From Candidatus Marinamargulisbacteria bacterium (GTDB lineage Bacteria; Margulisbacteria; Marinamargulisbacteria; UBA817): a stretch of 64,000 nt of DNA. The stretch lies in NCBI GenBank assembly GCA_049889215.1, contig JBMHDV010000020.1:77279-141278 (forward strand). The letters are read 5' to 3'. A program made the translations under genes and the position numbers. Shown here one piece after another: positions 31,930-42,149 of this stretch (positions are counted from its first letter, which is position 1; each line of letters starts with the position of its first letter). The notes under the pieces were generated by a model. It was given only the letters and a program-made list of their open reading frames with translations. It was not told the DNA's origin and ran no database searches.

Positions 31930-33556
31930 TTACATAAACACAGATTGTGGATTTTTGATGAACAACAAACTCATCTTCATAATAGTCGCCAGGAAAATAT
32001 TGACCTTCATGCAATACAACTGTTTCATCATTAATTTTTTCTTCAATTTTAAAATCATATTGTTGATGCTGATCATTAAATTCAAATAAAAGTCGAATTT
32101 TTTTAAAGTCATCATTTAATTTATCAATTGTTTCAAGAGTTATTGGAACACCCTTACTTAAAGTTAACTGTATTTTACCACTATCAAACATGTACTGATT
32201 AGGCAAAGGTATTTGAGAAATCACTTTTCCTGTTTCAATTGAAGTAGAAAATTCTCCAGGCATTAACTCTAATTCAATATTTGAAGATTGCAATATAAAA
32301 TTAACCTCGTCTAATGTCTTCCCAATAAATGATGGAACTACAATCTCCTGTCGTCCTTTTGAAACAAAAATTGAAATCGCACGACCTTGTTTAATACGTC
32401 GGCCAATTGGTGGGTCAAATCTAACAACATGGCCTTCTTGAATAGTAGGATGAAAATTATATGAGATCTTCCCTTCTTCTAAACCCAAATCCGCCAATGC
32501 ACGTTTTACATCATTTAATGGTTGGTCAATCAAATTAGGAATAATTAGAACACTATACTTCGAAAAGTACGTTTGATATCCAAAGTAAAACAAAATAATT
32601 AAGGCAATAATTCCTAAACCATTGGTCACACGGTTAAAGTATCGCCCAAACTTTATTTGCTTTTCTTTTTTCACATCATTGTTAAAAGAGTGGTCTTCAC
32701 TTACTTTATTGGATAAACGTTCGAATTTTACTGACTCTTTTCCCTCTAAAATACCAATAATTAAACGAAAGGAATCCCAACGTAATCTTTTATCCAACTG
32801 CAAGCTCTTCATTATAAAATAATTCAACTTATCACTTACTTTTGGATTGAGTTCTCGACAATCCTTCGGGCCTTTAGTAAGCGAGAGTTTGATCTTATAA
32901 ATTGAATTGTGCTGATCATATGGCCAATCACCAGCAACCAAATAAAACGCCAAAACTCCATAAGAATATATGTCCGAGACATGATTCACAGAGAATGTTT
33001 GTAAAAACTCTGGGCTTAAATAAATACTCTCATCATAAACATCTAGCTTATTAAAGAAGTACTCAACACAGATTAAATTAATTTTAGCTGGCCCTAGAAT
33101 AACTTGATCCTGATCATTAACAAAAATATTATTCAAACTAAAATTTCCAAAAACTAATTTTTTTTGTTCCAACTGGTACATTATTCGAGCAATTTTTAAT
33201 AACAGTTTTGAACGAATTGAGGCTTGATTAGTTTTTATTTTTTTTAAATACAAATCAAGAGACACAAGAGTATCTCGATTATTCTTATATATTAAAAATA
33301 AGTCCTGACCATCGTAATCCATATCCAGTAATTGAAACATTCCTGAAATTGGCTGATATAAATAATCTTGCAGCGAAGAAATACAATGATCTGCAAATGC
33401 AGGTGATACAAGTTCATTATGAAATTTTAAAATATAAACGGGTTGTTTATTCTGTTCATCAAGCCCATCAAATAATGAGTAAAAAACATCGGAAAATAAT
33501 TGTGCCTCAATTATGTATCTTGATCTGATTTTTTTTGCTTTGGTCTTAATGTCCAT
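31886..33556 (-). CDS. PASTA-domain membrane protein with a degenerate Ser/Thr-kinase-like N-terminal domain (predicted pseudokinase)
   Basis: The kinase fold is recognisable (VYILKF, SPEF, DIYSYGVLAFYLVAGDWPY), but the HRD and DFG Asp positions are replaced (FGNFSLNN, LGPAK) and there is no Gly-rich loop. A TM helix is followed by 2-3 PASTA-like repeats. Confidence 0.65.
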   Translation of the reverse strand: MDIKTKAKKIRSRYIIEAQLFSDVFYSLFDGLDEQNKQPVYILKFHNELVSPAFADHCISSLQDYLYQPISGMFQLLDMDYDGQDLFLIYKNNRDTLVSLDLYLKKIKTNQASIRSKLLLKIARIMYQLEQKKLVFGNFSLNNIFVNDQDQVILGPAKINLICVEYFFNKLDVYDESIYLSPEFLQTFSVNHVSDIYSYGVLAFYLVAGDWPYDQHNSIYKIKLSLTKGPKDCRELNPKVSDKLNYFIMKSLQLDKRLRWDSFRLIIGILEGKESVKFERLSNKVSEDHSFNNDVKKEKQIKFGRYFNRVTNGLGIIALIILFYFGYQTYFSKYSVLIIPNLIDQPLNDVKRALADLGLEEGKISYNFHPTIQEGHVVRFDPPIGRRIKQGRAISIFVSKGRQEIVVPSFIGKTLDEVNFILQSSNIELELMPGEFSTSIETGKVISQIPLPNQYMFDSGKIQLTLSKGVPITLETIDKLNDDFKKIRLLFEFNDQHQQYDFKIEEKINDETVVLHEGQYFPGDYYEDEFVVHQKSTICVYVNDEKIYDNQDNGLN

Positions 33557-34464
33557 ATACTTTTACCTTCATCTGAGAAAACATGCAGTTTATTGCTAAT
33601 ACGATAAACATAAATTATTTTATCGCTATTTGATTCTGGGGTAAATTCATAAGATGAAATCTTCTTTTTATTTATAAAATGTATATGCGAATTTTCGATA
33701 AAACCAAAATAAGAACGCGTGGGCGATTCAACCTTAAATAACTGCTGCTGTACGTTTTCAGAAACAACTCGATTGCTAAACGTATACAACGATTCTTGCC
33801 CTTTATTATTTCGTAATTGAATAAGATCGGTAGAAACTTGATTTATGGTTGAATAATTTATTTTTTCTTCATTCTGATTATAAATATTATAATGAAAAAT
33901 CCCCTGCTTTGATTGATAAAAAATATTTATTTCATCACCAATAAGCTTAATCGGACGAGATTTCAATTGAATAGAATGAATAACATCTCCAGAAATAATA
34001 TCTAATTTATCAAGTGTTGATTTTTTAATCAGCCATAAATATGAACTTGTCTCAAGCATGTCATCATAATCGGATTTAGCGTTTGCCCATAGTTGAAGCC
34101 CACTAAAATAATCAAACCCCTTTAATGATCGATCTGTATAAAAAAGTACGATAACAGGATAGTTAATATGCATTTTATACACATTTTTTAAAGAAATAGA
34201 CCATTTAATTTCTTGACGCAACAAATCAACAGCTTGGATCATATCTGCTGAATAAACCAATAATTGATTAAACCCAGCATACATTCCCATAGGATTATTT
34301 TGGACGTCAATGCACCAGCGTTCTAAATGACGCTTTGAATACTCACATAAACGATTTTTAGTTGGTGAAAGCGTATATAAAGAAGATTTATAACCTTTTA
34401 TGATATCGGAGGCAAAAGTTGAGCTTGTCGTAAAAAATAATAAAATTAATAAACGAAAAACCAC
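33511..34464 (-). CDS. Hypothetical secreted protein (signal peptide)
   Basis: N-terminal MVFRLLILLFFTTSSTFA signal sequence. 317 aa with no recognisable family, directly upstream of the PASTA pseudokinase. Confidence 0.5.
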   Translation of the reverse strand: MVFRLLILLFFTTSSTFASDIIKGYKSSLYTLSPTKNRLCEYSKRHLERWCIDVQNNPMGMYAGFNQLLVYSADMIQAVDLLRQEIKWSISLKNVYKMHINYPVIVLFYTDRSLKGFDYFSGLQLWANAKSDYDDMLETSSYLWLIKKSTLDKLDIISGDVIHSIQLKSRPIKLIGDEINIFYQSKQGIFHYNIYNQNEEKINYSTINQVSTDLIQLRNNKGQESLYTFSNRVVSENVQQQLFKVESPTRSYFGFIENSHIHFINKKKISSYEFTPESNSDKIIYVYRISNKLHVFSDEGKSIWTLRPKQKKSDQDT

Positions 34465-34892
34465 TAATGCTTTTTCTTTGAAATACCTTGTTTCTTTTTT
34501 AAGTTTCGACGAATATCAACCTGTTTTTCGTCTGATCGCTTTAAAAACTTGGTTAAAACATCCTCAAATTCTTTATTTTCTGAAGATGATCGAATGAAAA
34601 GTGCTTTTTTGGGCTTAGGTTCTTTTGCTTTTTTTATAGAAAACTCAAGTTTTCCTTTTTTATTTCGTCCTAGAACTTTTACTCTAACTTTCTCACCAAG
34701 TTTAACGTACTTATTAATATTTGTTACGAATTCATTCGCAACCTCAGAGATATGAATTAGACCTTCTTCACCTGTTTTACATCGTACGAAAACACCAAAA
34801 TCAGCAATATTTGTAACTTCAACCTGAACAATATTACCTTGCTCTACAGGTAAATCCTCTTCATTTTCGATTGACTCATCCATATCTGTCAT
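34464..34892 (-). CDS. S1 domain RNA-binding protein (general stress protein 13 / YabR-like) with a basic C-terminal tail
   Basis: VQVEVTNIADFGVFVRCKTGEEGLIHISEV...GEKVRVKVLGRNKKGKLEFS is an S1 OB fold. Confidence 0.8.
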   Translation of the reverse strand: MTDMDESIENEEDLPVEQGNIVQVEVTNIADFGVFVRCKTGEEGLIHISEVANEFVTNINKYVKLGEKVRVKVLGRNKKGKLEFSIKKAKEPKPKKALFIRSSSENKEFEDVLTKFLKRSDEKQVDIRRNLKKKQGISKKKH

Positions 34893-35178
34893 TGATTCTC
34901 CTTATCGTAAAAAAGAAATACCGCTTCTCCAGGCTTAATCATTTTTAATTTTTCTCGAGAAAGGGTTTCCCACGATTCACTATTTTTTAACCCGTCTGTC
35001 ATTTTTTGAATATTAAGATGGTGTTGCCTAACCTCATCAAAACGTTCTGATTTTGCAATAAACTCTTGGCTGAACCTATTATAGCGAATAAAAGAATTAA
35101 TTCCAACAGATACAGAATAAAAGAAAAGAAGGACTGAGATTAGCGAAAAAAAAACCTAAAAACGTTAAATCGCTTCAT
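34889..35178 (-). pseudogene. ftsB: Septum formation initiator (FtsB/DivIC family) gene interrupted by a +1/-2 frameshift inside an A9/T9 homopolymer (35146-35154)
   Basis: ATG at 35178 gives MKRFNVFRFFFR*. The downstream frame (no ATG/GTG/TTG start) gives ...SLISVLLFFYSVSVGINSF...LSREKLKMIKPGEAVFLFYDKENQ*, with a TM helix, a coiled coil and the FtsB C-terminal xRExLxMxKPGE motif. One extra A fuses the two frames into a 96-aa FtsB. The eno-ftsB synteny is conserved in many bacteria. Confidence 0.7.
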
Positions 35179-35181
35179 TCT

Positions 35182-37086
<1,905 letters not shown>

Positions 37087-37087
<1 letters not shown>

Positions 37088-38499
37088 TAAAATTCCTCCC
37101 TAATATCATGTATATGTCCGTGAATAGCAGCCGATGCAACCATTGCTGGAGACATTAAAAGTGTCCGTCCAGTTGGGCTTCCTTGACGTCCTATAAAATT
37201 ACGATTGGAGGAAGATGCACACATTTGTCTCCCCTTTAAACGATCTGGATTCATAGCCAAACACATTGAACATCCTGCATGTCGCCACTCTACACCAGCA
37301 GCTTTAAAGATATGATGCAGACCTTCCGCTTCTGCCTGCTCAGCTACTTTTTGAGAACCTGGAACAACGATAGCTGTGACATTTGAATGTACTTTATTTC
37401 CTTTAAAAATTGATGCAGCCTCTCGCAAATCAGATATTCGGCCATTGGTACAAGAACCAATAAACGCAACATCAATGGGAATTTCTGTTAAATTTTGACC
37501 AGCACTTAAGCCCATAAAGTCAAAGGCCTCTTGCGCTGTAGATGGATCGACGGACTCATTAGCAGCTGGAATAGCCTGACTAACTCCAAGTGCTTGCCCA
37601 GGATTAATTCCCCAAGTTACCATTGGTTCAATTGTAGAGCCATCTATAATTAATTCATCATCATACTCAGCATCATCACTGGATCGAATCTGATCCCAAT
37701 AAGACTTTGCTACAGCCATATCTTTAGGTGCGTATTCTCGCCCCATAATATACTTATAGGTTGTTTCATCTGGATTAACGTAACCAATTCGAGCACCACC
37801 TTCGATACTCATATTGCACACGGTCATTCGTCCTTCCATCGACATATTGTCAAATACATCGCCAGAATATTCGTAAGCGTAGCCAAGACCACCTTTTACA
37901 CCAAGTTCAGCTATAATTTTTAAAATTACATCTTTAGGAAAAACACCAGGTTGCAATTGACCCGTCACACAAATTCTACGGACTTTTAAACGTGACAAAG
38001 CAAGTGTTTGGGTTTCGAGAACATTTCGTACTTCTGTTGTACCTATACCAAATGCAAGAGCACCAAATGCACCATGGGTAGATGTATGAGAATCACCACA
38101 AACAACTGTCATACCTGGTTGAGTCAAGCCCAATTCAGGACCAATCATGTGGACGATTCCTTGCTTGCCTGATTTAAAATCAAATAAGGGAACACCAAAT
38201 TCAGCTGTATTTTTTTCAAGTGTTACTGCCATTAACTCAGCCTGTGGATCTGCAAATGGTCGCTGTATTGAATCCGTAGGAACAATATGGTCCATCGTTG
38301 CAAAAGTTCGATTTGGAAATGCCAATACTTCATTTCGTTCACGTAAAGAAGCAAACGCCTGAGGCGATGTAACTTCATGAACCATATGCAAACCGATAAG
38401 AATTTGATCCATACCTGATGGAAGTGTGCATATTTTATGGGAATCCCATACTTTATCATAGAGTGTCCGAGCTGACATGGACTTATTATACTGACTCAA
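37087..38499 (-). CDS. leuC: 3-isopropylmalate dehydratase large subunit
   Basis: 470-aa aconitase-family protein with Fe-S ligands (GSCTNGR, CGDSHT); the start overlaps the leuD region. Confidence 0.93.
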
Positions 38500-38649
38500 G
38501 CCTAAAATTTAAAGGGATTGACAAAGGTGGTATTATAAAAATAGAAGCGATTAACTTCGCCTCTAAATTATTGGGTTATGCCCTAGATTTTTTCTGGGGC
38601 ATTAAAAACTCGGAGGTGCCTTATTTATAAAATTGTAAGTTATTCTACA

Positions 38650-41487
38650 TTGGATACTCAAAAAGAACCTTTACATCAACAACTCGAATTTTATACACAC
38701 TGGATATCATCACTAAACAATAATCGGCCAGAAGAGGCCCCCGAACCACCAATAACAATGGCAGACATTTTAGCCATTAAACAGCTGCTTAATATTGCAA
38801 AACATAGCAATCTTAATGAAATTACTAGAGATATATTTCGACTAAATTTTGAACTCCTGGAATATGCAACCCTAATCGGCTTTGAAAATATTGAACAGTT
38901 ACTTCTAGCTGAAGCTGGACTTGTGCAAATAAACAATCTTGAAAAAGAAATGATTGAAAAACTGATTTTTTTAAATGAACATATTCAACCAATCGCTTAT
39001 GAAAAAAGACGCATATCACCAAGATCTATCATGGAAGAAAGTCAAACAGAAATTGAAGCCTTAGGAATTGCAAACCAGCTGATCGTTTCACCAATAGAAG
39101 ATGTTAAAAATGGATTGGAAATAAAAATTAGGTCAAATCAAACTGTATACGAAATTATTGGAATACTGGATCCATTCATGGATATGAATTTACTCCCACA
39201 CAGTTTAAAAGAAACTGTATTAGAAAAACGGCATCATTTATTTAGCTTTAAATATCCAAAACCGAATGAATATGAAGGGAAAGTAGAACATAAAAGTAAA
39301 CGCCGAAAAACATTTAAAAAAGAGCCCAGTATTTCAAGTGAATTTAGAAAAATATTTTGGGACTATACACCTTCTCTAAAATTAATTTGCGATGAAAGAG
39401 AAGAATTAGAAGAGTCACTAATTGAGCACAATAAGAACTGGGTCAAACTGAGTGAGCATATTCCAACACAGGTTATCATGATCGAAAATGGTGATATGAG
39501 AGCCATCGAACGAAAATTAAAAAAAATAACAAAAGAAATTAATGCATTCGTTCAAACATTTAAGCGATTTAAAGAATCACAAAGATACTTTATTGGAATG
39601 CTAATGTCAGAAAAAAACCTAAATCCTGCGCTATTATTGATATCCAGCATTAAAAACGGAGATGACCTTATTAATAGCTTACCGACAGACGCACAAAAAG
39701 AATTAAGTTTATGTTTAGAAGCTGCCGAAGACGATCATAAAGAATATGAAAACAACATCGAAAGTCTGCGACAATTTTTTGAAGCAAATAAGCACTTTTT
39801 AAAGAATCCCCGTGATCGACGCTGGATTTTAGACGAAGTCGAGTATTTAGAACAAATGGGTGCCAGCAACGACACTCATTATTTAAAAAGGATGGAACGA
39901 TTAAAAAATATACGAAAAATCCCGTTTCATAAGCAATCAGAATCCATTTCTAGCATTCAACATTCAAGCTCAATTGAAGAAAGACGATTATTTTTAAAAA
40001 AAATAAAAGATAGCCTAAATTTAGAACTTCATGGTCAAGAAAAAACAAAAAAAGCCATCTTACAAACCGTCGGGCAAATGATGAGTCATCCAAATACACG
40101 ACCAAAACCAATATTACTAATTGGACCACCAGGTACAGGAAAAACATCCATTGCAAAAGCATTAGCAAACGCTCTAAATCGAAAATTAGGAGTCATTAGC
40201 TTAGGAGGAGAACCCGACCGGCATCGCTTAAAAGGTGCAGATATTGTTTATGAAAGCCCAAGCATAGGTGAAGTTTGCCGAATACTACAAAAAACACAAC
40301 AAATGAACCCGGTGATTCTTTTAGATGAAGTGGATAAAGTGGGCGATGGAAGAGACGGAAAAGCCACCCAAAATCAATTAATGGAATTAACTGATACGAG
40401 CATACCTGAATGGATTGATGATTACGCAAAAATTGGCGTAGATAAACAAGGAATGTGGTTTATATTAACAGCAAATTACGAACATCAAATCGATCGTGTT
40501 TTAAAAGATCGGGTGCAGGTAATCCACGTAGAAGGACAAACCCATCAGGAAAAATTTGAAATAGTAAAAACACATATTCTACCAAAACTCAGTCGTGACT
40601 TCGGGTTTCCAGACAATACAATTACCATTAATGATGAAAATATCGATTACCTCCTGGACCACATCCATTTTGAACCCGGCTGTAGAAAACTTGCTGACAC
40701 ACTGCGTCAAATAATAAGTGAAATTAATCTACATCGTTTAGAAAGTGAGAATCCGCCATCACTAAGATCAAAGATAGAATATCTACCAAACCAATTTCGA
40801 TTACCATACGAAATAAAACGGTCTGATATTCAACGGATTACCGCTGAATTAAACATCAAAAAAGAAACCATTCACACCAATTGTATTGCAGGTATGATTA
40901 ATGGAATGTACGCAACAAGTCATGGCTACGGAGGTATCCTACCAATTCAAGTAGTGGCTAATTCACACCTTAATAATGACAAAATTACTGGAAAACTCGG
41001 CGAAACAATGAAAGAAAGTATAACGGTTGCAAGAACGTTAAACTTAAACGATTCCATTTTTGGCAGTGGTCCATTTGAAATATTAAGTCAAAATGTTTCA
41101 AAGAAAATCCACTTACACACACCTGATATGGCAGTTAGTAAAGATGGACCATCCGCCGGAGCAGCCATTACAATTGCTATCCTTTCCGCTTTAAGAAACC
41201 TGCCGATTCGCAACGACATTGCTGTAACTGGCGAAATTGATATTCATGGCAATATTCTTCCAGTAGGTGGAATCTTTGAAAAATTAAGTGGCGCTAAACG
41301 AGCAGGTGTTAAAGGAGCATTCATACCAATCGCAAATCAAACTGAACTGGATCTTGCTTTTGCAAAGGACCCCAATCTCTTAATCAATTTTACTGTAACC
41401 CCAGTGTCTCATATTACGGAAATTCTACCAATTATATTTGATCTAAAAGCGATACAAAAACCGGCAATGATGTTATTGGAAGAATAA
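38650..41487 (+). CDS. LonA-like ATP-dependent protease with a long (~470 aa) non-canonical helical N-terminal region
   Basis: AAA+ module (ILLIGPPGTGKTS Walker A, ILLDEVDK Walker B) and Lon S16 protease domain (KDGPSAGAAITIAILSAL Ser, KLSGAKRAGV Lys). The N-terminus lacks the LAN/PUA-like substrate-binding domain motifs. Confidence 0.8.
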   Translation: MDTQKEPLHQQLEFYTHWISSLNNNRPEEAPEPPITMADILAIKQLLNIAKHSNLNEITRDIFRLNFELLEYATLIGFENIEQLLLAEAGLVQINNLEKEMIEKLIFLNEHIQPIAYEKRRISPRSIMEESQTEIEALGIANQLIVSPIEDVKNGLEIKIRSNQTVYEIIGILDPFMDMNLLPHSLKETVLEKRHHLFSFKYPKPNEYEGKVEHKSKRRKTFKKEPSISSEFRKIFWDYTPSLKLICDEREELEESLIEHNKNWVKLSEHIPTQVIMIENGDMRAIERKLKKITKEINAFVQTFKRFKESQRYFIGMLMSEKNLNPALLLISSIKNGDDLINSLPTDAQKELSLCLEAAEDDHKEYENNIESLRQFFEANKHFLKNPRDRRWILDEVEYLEQMGASNDTHYLKRMERLKNIRKIPFHKQSESISSIQHSSSIEERRLFLKKIKDSLNLELHGQEKTKKAILQTVGQMMSHPNTRPKPILLIGPPGTGKTSIAKALANALNRKLGVISLGGEPDRHRLKGADIVYESPSIGEVCRILQKTQQMNPVILLDEVDKVGDGRDGKATQNQLMELTDTSIPEWIDDYAKIGVDKQGMWFILTANYEHQIDRVLKDRVQVIHVEGQTHQEKFEIVKTHILPKLSRDFGFPDNTITINDENIDYLLDHIHFEPGCRKLADTLRQIISEINLHRLESENPPSLRSKIEYLPNQFRLPYEIKRSDIQRITAELNIKKETIHTNCIAGMINGMYATSHGYGGILPIQVVANSHLNNDKITGKLGETMKESITVARTLNLNDSIFGSGPFEILSQNVSKKIHLHTPDMAVSKDGPSAGAAITIAILSALRNLPIRNDIAVTGEIDIHGNILPVGGIFEKLSGAKRAGVKGAFIPIANQTELDLAFAKDPNLLINFTVTPVSHITEILPIIFDLKAIQKPAMMLLEE

Positions 41488-41546
41488 ATGAAACAGATAT
41501 CAGCTTGAACTTCTCTTTTAAATTTTTCTAACGTACAATTCAAAGT

Positions 41547-42149
41547 ATGAACTGCACTATTGTAGATTACGGTACAGGCAATATTCAAAGTGTTCAAAAT
41601 GCACTTGAGTCGTTGGGGCATTCAGTCAACCGGTCAAATAACTTGGAAAACTCAACTTGTGATTGTTTGATTTTCCCAGGACAAGGTGCTTTTGGCCCTG
41701 CAATTAAACGACTTCACCAATTAAATTTAATTGAGCCTTTAGTAAAATACATAACTTCAAATAGACCATTCATTGGCATTTGCTTAGGATTTCAATTATT
41801 ATTTGAAGGCTCCAAAGAAGCACCCAATCATTCGGGCCTCGGCGCATTCAAAGGGACATTCGAACATTTTAAGTTAGAAAACTTAAGTGTTCCTCATATG
41901 GGGTGGAATCAACTAGAATCAAGTGAATCAAATTCAATCCTCTCAAATTTTAATAATCAAAATTTTTATTTTGTACACTCTTATTATCTACCTTTTTCAA
42001 ATCAGAAAAATGCAGCAACTACTAGTTATGGACACCAATTTGTTTCAGCGATAGCAACAGAAACCAAATTAATTACCCAATTTCATCCAGAAAAAAGTGG
42101 TGATATTGGACTTGAGTTACTGGACTCATTTCTAACGTCAGTAAAATGA
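41547..42149 (+). CDS. hisH: Imidazole glycerol phosphate synthase glutamine amidotransferase subunit HisH-like (class I GATase); orphan, with no hisA/hisF nearby
   Basis: [26 protein letters not shown] (catalytic Cys) and FHPEKS (His/Glu). The stop overlaps the uvrA start as ATGA. Confidence 0.8.
   Translation: MNCTIVDYGTGNIQSVQNALESLGHSVNRSNNLENSTCDCLIFPGQGAFGPAIKRLHQLNLIEPLVKYITSNRPFIGICLGFQLLFEGSKEAPNHSGLGAFKGTFEHFKLENLSVPHMGWNQLESSESNSILSNFNNQNFYFVHSYYLPFSNQKNAATTSYGHQFVSAIATETKLITQFHPEKSGDIGLELLDSFLTSVK

Noticed and set aside
38540-38570. Apparent hairpin GAAGCG-ATTAA-CTTCGC in the leuC leader.
   Set aside because: On checking the base pairing only about 4 bp are truly complementary, so it is not a convincing terminator or attenuator stem.
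38418-38630. 70-aa plus-strand ORF overlapping the leuC start and leader.
   Set aside because: No SD and an improbable composition. The region is better explained as the leuC 5' leader and promoter.
41409-41621. 70-aa minus-strand ORF spanning the Lon-like/hisH junction.
   Set aside because: It overlaps the ends of two well-supported plus-strand genes, with no SD or similarity.
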